Below are positions 40,986-53,730 of a stretch of DNA of 64,000 bases, one piece after another. Position 1 is the first letter of the stretch, and each line of letters starts with the position of its first letter. Under the pieces are notes generated by a model. The model ran no database searches. It had not been told where the DNA came from and saw nothing but the letters and a program-made list of their open reading frames with translations. The stretch is from contig NC_068981.1 in the NCBI RefSeq assembly GCF_001194135.2, positions 55,072,680-55,136,679 on the forward strand, read 5' to 3'. Position numbers and translations under genes: made by a program. The stretch comes from Octopus bimaculoides (lineage: Eukaryota).

Positions 40986-42934
40986 CATAAGATTTTGTTT
41001 TGCATAGTTCTCTCTCGATCTATTTCCTCTCTTCTGTCCCTTTTTCCCTGTATTTTCCCTTCCTTTTTCTGTCATCTCTTCACTTTCCGAACCACCTACC
41101 TTTCCTTCATCTGGTCCTAACACCTCCTTACCTCCAAACTACCCCCACCCTCTTTGACCACTTCTCACTTATCCCATTTTTCATTCGTTTCTTCCCGCCT
41201 ACAAATAACTTCCTTCACTTTCTCATTATCATGCCTCTTATTTCTTACTTTAGTGCTAAAGTACTCGAGTAAGTACTTCAGTACCTTTTGACAACCACCA
41301 TTTTTCATCAAACAAACTATTTATTTACGATATTAGATACTGCTTATTTTGAAGGTCATTGTAATAATAAAGATGATGACTTTATCAAGTTGGTAGTTTA
41401 CAGTACACATGAATTTGGAAATAGTTGTTATTAAAACAAGCTATCTACTCCCTAAACCTATGCTTTACTTCAATTACTCTTATGTAATTCGTCACTTCTT
41501 ACTGATTCTTCTCTGTTCTGATTGGCTGAAGGAGTAAAACGTGTAATCTTTTTAGTTGATAAGTGAGCGTTTATATCACTTCTCTGGGAAAATATTCACT
41601 TAACAACATCCTATAACCACTAATAACCTACAGACGCATTGTTTCTTTTTTTCTGTCTCTTCTATAACAGATCCTGCTCTTCTGAACTAGCAAGTTGCCT
41701 ACCACCTGGTTCTAACACATCCGTCTCTCTTTTTCTCTCGTCATTTTTTTTTTAATAACACAATCAGAGGAGAAAGGAGAGCACCCTTCCTTGACCTTTT
41801 TCAAACCTCTAAGACTGGTGGGAGGAATTGATGCTCTGTCCAGAAACATAGTTTGAATATTTCCAGCAAAGTGGACTTCATTAAATGTACTCAAGGGTCA
41901 GGTCGGGATATTAAACAGGGCGACGGATTAACTCTGTTGCGTCTTATTTTCAGAGGCCACATTAAATATTGTTCTTGATTCTTTCTCTTTTATACCACAC
42001 TCTACTAGAACTTTCTTCCTGTTCATATTTTCTCTGTGGGCATTAACTTGAACATCAACCGCTTGACCTGCTAGACATAACCACATAATTTCCTTTGAAT
42101 CACACTGTACTGCCTTCAAAATTAGGCAGGATGGTATTGACTCTATCGTCTGCCCGATCAGGGTTGACCTAAGGCTAAACGGCAACGACACCCACAATCA
42201 CAACAGTCTGATATAGTCTGGAAACAAAAGTAAAGATTTCTAGACACAAAATCACATATATTTTCAAAAGAAGGAACTTTTGATTAAATCGACACCAGTA
42301 ATTAACTGGTACTTACTGCATCGATCTCTGCGAGGTTAGACGCTGAATATAAAGAGACGTGACAAAATATCTATTATTGGTATATTGGCATAAAACCATA
42401 CATTTCATCAATACTACAGATTAAATAATTTGCTTAAATTCTATTTTAGTATTACAGAGAAAGTTAGTAAAATATATATCACAAAAATGAAAGAAAAATA
42501 CTGGAGACGAGGTTACAAAACACTGTTAATAATATCATTACCTGTTTATATCACATGCATGCAACATACATATAGTTAGTTATAAGAATATGAAGAATTC
42601 ATTAACAGAGGAAATACGATTAGCGAATATTCTTCCACTGTTGCTCAATTATTCCTCGACATTTCGCTGTAGGGATGCGATGCAAATAAAATATCACTAG
42701 TACTACGCTTTAGTCGCAGTTTCCTTTTTGCCGGTATCCCTCGCTCTTCAACAGTCATGAATACTGTCATCGTTCGGATTCACAAACTTGAATGAGGGAT
42801 TTACAACTTAATGCAAACGATATGCATTATCTAATCCGATATATGAGACCAAAAGCTCACGAATGAAGCTTCTCGCAGAAACTTGTTTGGCGATGGTCCA
42901 AAGTATTTCACACGAACGGTCACCAGCCATGTAG

Positions 42935-43269
42935 CTTGTTAAGGTTATCACTACAAATTTTCTCAAAAGAAATTATAGCCAACACTGACTTTGTTACGAC
43001 GGATCGAATCCGAGATGCCTGATGATAAAAAACAACGAGATCGAAGATGAAAAATGGCTATTTAATCAATGATTTTGTGGATGATTAATGAGTTGGAGGT
43101 ATGCTGATGAAGGAGCAAAAACTCCTGATATATGGCATATATGCCCATTACCCATTTTTCATCTTCGATCTCATTGTTGTTTACATCAGGCTTCTTGGAT
43201 ATGAAACGTCGTAACAAAATCAGTGCTAGCTATAATTTCTATAGAAAATCTGCAGATAACCTTAGCAAG
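42935..43269. mobile_element. 335-bp foldback with about 120-bp inverted arms
   Basis: left arm 42935-43057 is an imperfect reverse complement of 43152-43269 (e.g. gagatcgaagatgaaaaatgg / ccatttttcatcttcgatctc; ttgttacgacg / cgtcgtaacaa). Confidence 0.9.
43098..43145 (+). ncRNA. minimal hammerhead-like fold with GAAA changed to GAUA, in the foldback spacer
   Basis: GGUAUG CUGAUGA AGGAG CAAAAA CUCCU GAUA UAUGGC AUA UAUGCC. Confidence 0.55.
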
Positions 43270-43348
43270 TGATATAATAGCACTGCTAACACAGTAGTAC
43301 ACAGTATTGACTTATAATACCAAAAAAGAAAAAGGTTGAATACACTTT

Positions 43349-43381
<33 letters not shown>

Positions 43382-43886
43382 NNNNNNNNNNNNNNNNNNN
43401 NNNNNNNNNNNNNNNNNNNNNNNNNNNNNNNNNNNNNNNNNNNNNNNNNNNNNNNNNNNNNNNNNNNNNNNNNNNNNNNNNNNNNNNNNNNNNNNNNNNN
43501 NNNNNNNNNNNNNNNNNNNNNNNNNNNNNNNNNNNNNNNNNNNNNNNNNNNNNNNNCTTAGGAGATCATTAACTAGATTCCTTAAGGGTCGTTCTCACAG
43601 TTTATATTTATATTATAAGGTTTTTAAACTTTTAAATTTTCATATTCAAAAGAGACAGAGACTTCAAATTCGATATATCGATTTATTCACCACTCTATGT
43701 TAACATTTCTGTGCCAAATTTATCCAGTGACTGGTCCATTGGATTTAGACATTTGGCACTTCTTCAGGAGTGGTTACCTTTCGAACAAAACACGAAAAAA
43801 CACATACATAACTATTATTAAGTCTTTAGGATCTCGTTAGCTTTCGTCTTTTGAATATGAAAATTTAAAAGTTTAAAAACCTTATA

Positions 43887-43922
<36 letters not shown>

Positions 43923-45371
43923 TTTATAGTTTATATATATACATATATGCTTTATAGTTTAATATACTATATATTATGGTTGCATAACGAAATACGGTGT
44001 CCCTACAGGTCATCAAGCATGTAACATATTCCTGAATTTCGATCCACTTCAGTAAACACTCACTCTCTATCACTAATACTACTCTCCTCCAAGATATTTC
44101 CGTTGCTTATATTTCGTTTCATTAATTTCTTCAATAAGAGAAATCCTACATCGCCCAACCACCGAATTGCTCTTGATTATCTGTCAGGTTCTGATCGCAT
44201 ATATCTCTTAGGAAATAACGCAAATCAGATACTGTACATTTAATTATTTCCAATTTGAAGAAGATTTCAGCCTGAAAGTAATTTCGTATCTACATTTACA
44301 GAAGTTGAAAAAGAGTGAAGATAGCTCCTTCAACAAAAGCTATCTTAAACTACTTCGTTTTTGCATCTGGTTTGCAAGATTCTTTATGTGAATTCGTGTG
44401 TTGAAACAAATTTTGTTCTATCTAGGGAGAATCATCGTTCAATCCCACTCTTATTATTAGTCAATTTGTTAAATATCCAGTTAACTAATCGATTGCTTAT
44501 TTAACTTGAACTAATTGACTAATAATAAAGGAGTGGATTTGAACCAGTGCGTGTGTTATTAGCATTGGCGTGATGACTCTCCCTAGACAAAACAAAATAT
44601 TTTAAACAATGTAAATTTTTATTAAACCTATCCAAGCTTTTATTAAGGAACGAATAGCCTTGTACACTATGAGTAGTTTTCCACTGCAACTTCACTGTTA
44701 GATATCAATTGTTCCAGCACACTTGCTGAACTCACCAGGGTTGCTGCAATGATCACGTGTGACCGTATTTGTTCGTATGTGTTGAACCCAGGTCACGAAG
44801 TGTTCTGTTCTGCAACATTTGTCATTGGATTTACTACATCGCAGTGGCAAACTCAGCAGCAATATCTGTCGCACTTGATAAATGATTGTGAGGTAAAATA
44901 AACATTCTTGCCTGCAGTCGTGGTATATGTTTCATAAGGTCTTAATGAAAAAATACTCAAGTGTACAGTTTGTATGTGGTCTCAGTTTTCCAGTTTGATT
45001 ATTATTTATTTGTCTATTTTATTTCTTTCGTAATTTACTCTCGATATTCTAGCACGATTCCGTTTTTTTTTTTTTACTGTTATTCCTTATTTTGTTTTAT
45101 TCATACATTAATATAAGATTTACCTTCTAACTCAATAAGATATTATCCGACCTACTGCGTAGAGACTCGAGTATTATTTGTGAAAATACGTTTGTGTGTG
45201 TGTGTATGTGTGTGTGTGTATATGTGTGTGTGTGCCTGTGCGTGTGAATGTATGTATATGCATGTGTATACACACACACACACACTCATATATATTGATA
45301 TAGATATAGATATAGACATAATTATACATATATATATACATACAAACATACATACGTACATATATGTATAT

Positions 45372-45414
<43 letters not shown>

Positions 45415-45729
45415 NNNNNNNNNNNNNNNNNNNNNNNNNNNNNNNNNNNNNNNNNNNNNNNNNNNNNNNNNNNNNNNNNNNNNNNNNNNNNNNNNNNNNN
45501 NNNNNNNNNNNNNNNNNNNNNNNNNNNNNNNNNNNNNNNNNNNNNNNNNNNNNNNNNNNNNNNNNNNNNNNNNNNNNNNNNNNNNNNNNNNNNNNNNNNN
45601 NNNNNNNNNNNNNNNNNNNNNNNNNNNNNNNNNNNNNNNNNNNNNNNNNNNNNNNNNNNNNNNNNNNNNNNNNNNNNNNNNNNNNNNNNNNNNNNNNNNN
45701 NNNNNNNNNNNNNNNNNNNNNNNNNNNNN

Positions 45730-45830
45730 CCATCTACCAAATCCACTCAGAAGGCTTTGGTCGGCCTGAGGCTATAGTAGAGGACACTTGCCCAAGGTCT
45801 ATGTGGTTGGTTAGCAAGCTACTTTATTTC
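45730..45830 (-). mobile_element. CORE-like SINE 5' part
   Basis: ctaccaaatccactcagaaggctttggtcggcctgaggctatagtagaggacacttgcccaagg. Confidence 0.85.
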
Positions 45831-46126
45831 ATTAAATTTGCCATGAAGGCATTACAAAGACGGGACGATCAAAGACAGACAAACATAAAAAGGTGAAGTA
45901 GCTGCTCTAACGATTAAAAATTTATGATGATAAATTTATATGATACAATTAAAAATTACAAATTACAATCATCTTCTAGTAAAACCATTTGCAATAATTG
46001 TTCCACCTTGAGTTACAGACACTGCCTTGTCACTCTGATCCTAATAAATGCAATGGACCAATGATTAGCTCTTTAGAAACTTGTAAACAAACGACACTAT
46101 TATTAGTCAAAAGTAATATGAAATAA

Positions 46127-46161
<35 letters not shown>

Positions 46162-47098
46162 GGATCCTTGACCCAAACAAACGACTGTTCTAAATAACAT
46201 TGGCTTTTATATAACATAGGAAAGCAAACATAATAATCAAGAAATTAAATGAATTCTAATTGTAACAGTAGAAAATCAGTAGCATCAACTCTAAGAACAA
46301 TTGTCTAACATTTGTAATCAACATCGCTGGACAATACTATTTATAGCGCAAGCGTAATAAATATGTACGTAAATACAACGTTTATTATAGCAAACTTTCT
46401 ATTTTCTGTGTCAGCAACTTTAAAGGAACCAAATATTGTCTCAAATTGTTGACGTTATGTCATTTAGTTCAAAATTAATTCCAAGTTCAGTATCACAATT
46501 CTTTACCACATGGTAAATACGAATCTCACTTTCATTCTCTTCCTCTCTCATTCTTCGTCCTTCCTTTTCTCTCCATACAGTAATTCCACTTCCCCATCTT
46601 TAGTGTGTGTAGGTGCGAGTGTCTTACGATGCTGTTATAAAAATATATTTAATTCAATATTAAAATGCTGATTTGGTAAAATTAACTTACTCGGAAATAA
46701 GTCAAGGGTGCGCCATCAAGCAATAACTGTTTGAATTAAACCTACATGTCCCAAAATAAGCGGAAGAGATTGTGGTAATTTTCTCGCTCTGTTTCAGTTT
46801 CTTAAGATTTCTCACAAACAACTGTCTATCTTCTATAATCTATGGCCTAATTAACCTGAATTTCTCTCCCTTTCTTTTTCTCTCTCACTCTCTCTTTCTT
46901 TCTCTCAACACACACACACACTCACGTGTATGTATGTATATGTATATATACACGCACACAGAAATACGCAAATACACATATACATACAATACATATGTTC
47001 ATTCATACGTACATACATACGTACATACATACGTACATACATACATATATACATGCCAGCACACAAACACGCGTCAGACAGGATCTAACATCTATATA

Positions 47099-47833
47099 CG
47101 AGGTCTAATCAATAAGTATCCGGACTGTTGCCATAGTAATGAAGCTAAAGAATGCAGCGTAAAGCTGCTGGGCAAAGATTGACATTGAACTCTGCTGTGC
47201 ATGCGCACTAAGTATTTACGTTCTAGCTCACTTCTGCTGTTTACAACAGTGTTTTGAAGGAAGGTGTATAGTGCAGGGAGAGGAGTGTATCAGCCGCACA
47301 CAAGTGTACGAGTGGTTCAGACGTTTCCAAGATGGACGTTCTGAGAGACCCGCAACCAACAGAACTGAGAAAAACATCGCAGATATGTGTGCAGCTGTGA
47401 GGGGAAGTCGTCAATCACCATCCGTGAGGTATCAGAGGATGTGCAGATTAGTTACGGATGCGCGTCTACCAAGTTTGTGCCAAAACTGCTTTCAACTGAC
47501 CAAAATGACACTCAGGTTTCAGTTACACAAGATCTCCTTCATTGTTTGGAGAACGATGAAAACTTTTTGAAAACTTTGCGTAGGCCTCTGAGCAAGTATC
47601 GCCAAGCTTTTGGCAAAATTTGATGCAGATTCTCTGCTGAACTTTCTCTGTCATGGTCAACGCTACACACGTTCCTTCCAAGTACTGCTATAAACAGCGG
47701 AAGTGAGGTAGAACGTTAAAACTTAGTGCGCATGCACAGCATAGTCAAGGTCAATCTGTGCCAAGCGGCTTTACGCTGCGTGCTTTAGCTTCGTTACTAT
47801 GACAACAGTCCTGGTACTTATTGATCAGACCAT
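47099..47833 (+). mobile_element. non-autonomous mariner derivative with long (about 170 bp) inverted ends
   Basis: TA-cgaggtctaatcaataagtatccggactgttg mirrored by caacagtcctggtacttattgatcagacc; remnants SRTQVYEWFRRFQDGR, TIREVSEDVQISYG, KFVPKLL. Confidence 0.92.
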
Positions 47834-47922
47834 TATGTTAATGCTACCTAAGCAGCAATATATCACTGTACATCGATAAAAACGACTTTTTCTTGTGTCT
47901 GTATATTCATATTAATGTGTAT

Positions 47923-48012
<90 letters not shown>

Positions 48013-48914
48013 CAGCAGTAACAACTACAATAGCACCAGCAACGTGTCCGGTAGTAGCAGCAGTAACGGCAGTGATTGTGACAACAACAACATCAGCACC
48101 AACAACGTAAGGACATGTATACAGAAATATGTTGGAGCAACGGAGGGCCCCTTTAAGCTGTGACTAAATAAACACAAGTCCTCTTTTAGGATTTCAGATA
48201 GGTACAACATTACGACTTTGGCCAACTACATATGGCGCTTAAAAGGAGAGGAAATGCCTCGACCATGTCTCAACAGGAGCAGACAATACAAACTTTGACC
48301 GGGAGTTCAAGGATTTTTTTAAATCGCTTTATTCAGAGACCTTCTTAAATTCCATATGTAAGGTGTTCAGTCGGTGCTCTCATGAGAGAAAATTAGTGTT
48401 TACTGACTAATGAAAGGAAATCGGAGATAAACTGATCCTTTTCGGATACGACTGGAACTGTTTTATGAAAGATAACTCCATCTCGCCTAAAAAGGGATTT
48501 TCACTTCAATGAATTTCGTTTCAGGGTTTTTTTTTTTCACAACCTTGCTAACCAAGTCTGTATTCTTACTTCCATTAGAAAAAAGGTCTCGTGCATCCGG
48601 CCAACAGGTTTGTTGAGTCACCTATATTGCTAAGAGCACTAATAGACAAAAATAAAATTAAGCCTGTTAGATGGCCATTTGTTTTGCCCGCTTGGTTTTG
48701 AAACCGGATAGTGATTCAAACAATCTCTGAATTCTAGCCACTCGTTTGAGTGTGATAAAAAATTATGAATTTTAGAATAGTCCTTGCTGATAAAATTATG
48801 ATCTTAAGTTTTTAATTTTTAAATTCCTTTTATTCTTAGTCCTATTATTTTTTCTTGCATTAATAATGATGGATTACCAGAAGGGGAAACCTCTCTGACG
48901 AAGATATATTTTTT

Positions 48915-48997
48915 TGTCCTGATGAAGGGGCCACTGCCGATTTGGTGTTTCAATGTGTAATGGATTGCGGCAGTGGGTCTTGAAACGGCCGTAGATG
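48915..48997 (+). ncRNA. minimal type I hammerhead ribozyme (Penelope-type), intact core
   Basis: CUGAUGA 48919-48925; stem II 48926-48939 pairs with 48968-48981 (13 of 14 pairs); GAAA 48982-48985; palindromic CGGCCG; GUA triplet 48991-48993; stem I UGUC/GAUG. Confidence 0.75.
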
Positions 48998-49842
48998 TGG
49001 ATTTATTCTTGCATCATTCTGGATTCCTTTTTCTTTTGGACTTGACGATGGATGTTTTTCTCGGATTCACTTTACGTTTAATAGTCTAACTATATTATTT
49101 TTAATCGCCTCGCTATACACATTCATATTTCCATCATATATTTTTATCTTCATACGCCGTTTTTTAAATGTTTTCACACCTTTNNNNNNNNNNNNNNNNN
49201 NNNNNNNNNNNNNNNNNNNNNNNNNNNNNNNNNNNNNNNNNNNNNNNNNNNNNNNNNNNNNNNNNNNNNNNNNNNNNNNNNNNNNNNNNNNNNNNNNNNN
49301 NNNNNNNNNNNNNNNNNNNNNNNNNNNNNNNNNNNNNNNNNNNNNNNNNNNNNNNNNNNNNNNNNNNNNNNNNNNNNNNNNNNNNNNNNNNNNNNNNNNN
49401 NNNNNNNNNNNNNNNNATATATATATATATACATATGCAAACATACGTACATTTTGTATCCTGATAATAAATTCACATTCATACCAAAAATAACTGCTGC
49501 ACTTGATTTTGTGAGTAAATGTCTAAGTGACAATCTAGCAAAGCTAATGATATTTGAAAAGAAAACAACTAGCAAACATGCACGTTACAAATACAATCTG
49601 TAAGCTGAACACTAAAACAAGTTAAAAAGATATTGTTTCTGCTATCTGCCTTTCGACGAAGGAGTTTTGTATCTTTGTTAGTAACCAGCTCTTTCCTTAG
49701 AGGAAGGCTTCAAATAATTAATAACAGAAGAGTACTACATGTATACATAAATTCATGCGTGCATGCATCCATGCATGCATACATACATACATACATACAT
49801 ACACATATGATATATACACATACATACATGCATACACATATG

Positions 49843-49917
<75 letters not shown>

Positions 49918-50037
49918 CGTATGTGTGTCAAAGGGTAGTATGCGTGCGTGTTTCTTCCTGTCGGTGTGTCCTTCAGAAAGATTTTTCTACCAACATGGGT
50001 TATTTATATAGTAAAACCCNNNNNNNNNNNNNNNNNN

Positions 50038-50094
<57 letters not shown>

Positions 50095-50403
50095 TCTCTC
50101 TCTCTCTCAGATTTTGAAATGGTTTACTTATTCAGGATATGGACCTAAAGTAACACTTATTTATCCTGTCTGATACTGATTTTAACCTTAACCCTTATTT
50201 GATTTTGTGTTTTAACCTTAACTCTGGTGCTTCTCTATGATACAGAACTTGATTACAACATTTCTGCCAAACATAAACATTGATATACTGCCAAGCCCTT
50301 CAAAATTGTTAATCGAAAATTTATTTTGCCTATTTCTATTTATTTTAAACCAAAATAGTCCGTAATAGTATCGCTTTGTTGAAACTTTCCAACAGGCCTA
50401 TCA

Positions 50404-50484
50404 CTGATGATGAAATATCTCAGGGAGTATGTAGCTCGATGCAGAACATACAGCTCAAGAGATAACATTCGAAAAGTACCAGTA
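50404..50484 (+). ncRNA. heavily decayed hammerhead-like remnant
   Basis: CUGAUGA, extra U, interrupted stem II (GAA/UUC, UAUCUC/GAGAUA, GUAUGU/ACAUAC), GAAA, AGUACCAG-UA; stem I not supported. Confidence 0.3.
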
Positions 50485-50559
50485 TTTCTGTTTCACTAAC
50501 TGATGTTTGTATATTTCGTCGATGCGTATCGGCGAAATAGACATTCACTCACCCATACA

Positions 50560-50730
50560 CGCACACAGCATTGCCGAATGGTTAAAAAGTTTGCCTCCGC
50601 CGCCACAAGCTATCGGTTTCGATCCTACTACGAAGCATCCTGGGCAAATGCCATTTCCCATACCCACAGGTCAACCTACACCTTGTGATTCGAATTAGAT
50701 GGACGGAAACTGTATTGAAGCCTGTCGAAT
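50560..50730 (+). mobile_element. CORE-like SINE, diverged
   Basis: ggtttcgatcctac...gcatcctgggcaaatg...ccttgtgattcgaattagatggacggaaactg. Confidence 0.7.
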
Positions 50731-50959
50731 AGATTGGGCCAATAATTCAAAGCTACTGCTTTGTCACATAATGTGTCACATGCTGTGTCACCTTGTGTTA
50801 TACTGATTCTGCTTGTGAATGAAGATAAGAGCGCATATGCCCGTGGAAAACTTGCTAATTCAAAGAGCAAGCAAATCAGTTGATCGAACATCTGAATCCT
50901 TATTATCAATCGACGGAGGCCCATCCAAATATGTATGTGTGTGTGTGTATGTGATGTGT

Positions 50960-51100
50960 TTCCATACAATTTTCACCTACCAAATTTCAAAAATATTGGC
51001 CAACCCAGGCTATGATAGAAGACACTTGCCCAAGCTGCCACGCAGTGCGATCGAACACTTAACACGTGGTTGTGAAGTGAATTTCTTAATCACACAGCCA
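50960..51100 (-). mobile_element. CORE-like SINE
   Basis: taccaaatttc...ggccaacccaggctatgatagaagacacttgcccaagctgccacgcagtg. Confidence 0.8.
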
Positions 51101-52771
51101 AAAGAATGTCTTAATTGCACACTCAAAAGAATTTCTTCTACATTAACCGCTAACATCTATCTATACCTATTTGTGTTCCATTATTTGTGTAATGTGTACA
51201 AATATAGATAATAGAATATACTTTATTTGAGATTATTAAGTGATTGCTATTACTCTGATATGGCACGTAGCTAGTTCACTGGTACATATAGAGATTTGTT
51301 GTTTCAAATATACCATGTTCTGTCTTTTCTGAGGACTATGCTTCACAACTCAGTATGCAGTGAGGAATCGCATAGGGTGAGGTATGATAGGCCGGTCAAG
51401 TATTTTCTCCACCATCTGGTCTAAGAAGTAACTTCTATGCGGACATACGACCTGTTATAATTGACAGCTTAATCTCGTTTTACATTACCGTTTATAAAAA
51501 AAAATGGATGAATATACGGCGTTAGGTAGTTCTGCATATAATGCACAAGAAAAGAAGATGACATGGTCGTGGAATGAATGCTGGTCGCCCGGTGTAAGTT
51601 TGAATCACAGTCTGTTTGAGCTATTTTGCCCAAACGGACAAAATATTAAGTACTACTAAATGTTTGAATCTCTGGTACATAAATACGACTGAATGCAAAA
51701 ATCAAAACATTTACCGAAGTATTTTCTAACTACAACACTACTACAAATCTAAAACGAAAAAAGGTTTGTTTCACGTTTTTTTTTTCTTTTTACCCCTAGT
51801 AAAAATACATTCCTCAAATCTTGAGCTTCAAATCTCAGGACGACTTAATATATACAATCTTATCAATAGACGTATATTCCGTATATCTCTGTAAATGCAT
51901 GAATGTAAACAATAAAACTGTTTCAAATCTAAACATATTCACGTGTGTCTGGCCTAGTTTATGGTAACAACTATAAACACATGCCGACATACAAACAAAC
52001 AAGTTCATATCTGTGTATACATAAAGACTCTCAGCGTAATCACTGTCCCATATACAGTATGTGTATAAATTTCATGTGTATTCAAAGAAATGAAATTCTT
52101 CACTTATACACTGGTTTGAGAAATTAGCTGTTCACTCTGCTGTAAACAAACTTAGTCTCTTCCAAATTCTTCACTTGTTCACCGTATAACTTAAACTCTC
52201 AGCAATTATAATAGCAAGTGAATGTTTTGGTTTGACAATTTGTACTGCTTCTGGTGCGGTTGTTTTTGTTATTGTTGTTCGTGTAATTATTGTTTTAAAT
52301 TGGAGTATTGCTGCCAGTGGTTTATATTTTAATACGACATAAGTATATGAGTGAATGCATGCATCCGAGGATATCATAAGCGCCAAAGTAAATATTTAGA
52401 AATTAGAATATCAACACATACACACGTACCTGTAAATTTATATTCCTAAAATTGTTGGCATAATCTGCCAAGCGTTGTCATGGTACATTTCCAACTAAAT
52501 ACAAGTAGCGTCACCAACATAATTCAAGAAAATTCTGCACTTTGTTACACATTCAGCTTCTGAGAAATTCGAAACCTATGATTTTCAACGGTTTCATGAT
52601 GGCTGTCAAAATGTTGTTTGAAATAAAATGGGAAAAACTCATTTAGTATTCTTTCGGTTAAGATCGCAACGCGAAAGAAAGCATCCATAAATCATAGCGC
52701 ATAAGCAATCGGACATTCTCGCATCTGTTATACATCGAAAAGAAAATGGCTGAACGCACATATACACGTGT

Positions 52772-52864
<93 letters not shown>

Positions 52865-52868
<4 letters not shown>

Positions 52869-53010
52869 GGGGAAGTACGATTGGTGTATCAGCTAGTTTG
52901 CCTTGTGGTATCATCTAGTTTGCCTCCGAGTTCAAATCCCACTCAGGTCAGCTTTGTCTTTCATCTTTTAGGTGTAGATAAATGAAGTACCAGTACTGCA
53001 TTAGGGGCGA
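52865..53010 (+). mobile_element. SINE, diverged
   Basis: ccgagttcaaatcccactcaggtcagctttgtctttcatctttt..gataaatgaagtaccagt. Confidence 0.75.
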
Positions 53011-53458
53011 TTCATTTCTTTATCTAGATGTTTCTCTTTCCTTCTGTAAGAATTTATAAGTTGTATATATATGGTCAGACTTGGAGAGGTATTCACTCTG
53101 CCACCAAATCTATGCCCAAGACATGCAGTTTATCACAACGGCGCCTCTATCATAAGAGTTACGGGCCCATAGCATGGCGTATAGATAGAAGCTTATAATT
53201 GTGTGTTTTCACACACACACACACTCTTTTACTTGTTTCAGTCATTTGACTGCGGTCCTGCTGGAGCACATACAGAGCAATATATACACAATATACACAT
53301 ATGCACTAACCTGTGATACATACAAGAAATATAGATAAATAAAAATAAAAATAAATAAATATATATATAAATAGATGACTAAATAAATAAATATATTTGT
53401 CACATATATAAATATAAGAAATAGACAGATAAAATATAAACAAATAAACAAACAAATA

Positions 53459-53623
53459 GGCGCAGGAGTGGCTGTGTGGTAAGTAGCTTGCTTACCAACC
53501 ACAATGTTCCGGGTTCAGTCCCACGGCGTGGCACCTTGGGCAAATGTCTTCTACTATAGCCTGGGGCCGACCAAAGCTTTATGAGTGGATTTGGTAGACG
53601 GAAACTGAAAGAAGCTCGTCGTA
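53459..53623 (+). mobile_element. young-looking tRNA-derived CORE-like SINE, 5' half
   Basis: ggcgcaggagtggctgtgtggtaag (A box), ggttcagtcccac (B box), accttgggcaaatgtctt (CORE-like); runs into (CA)n and a gap. Confidence 0.92.
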
Positions 53624-53730
53624 TACACACACACACACACACANNNNNNNNNNNNNNNNNNNNNNNNNNNNNNNNNNNNNNNNNNNNNNNNNNNNNNNNN
53701 NNNNNNNNNNNNNNNNNNNNNNNNATATAT

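Noticed and set aside
41880-42200. KQGDGL RT-like motif on plus and an 89-aa ORF on minus
   Set aside because: Only one short motif is recognisable; probably a LINE relic but not supportable.
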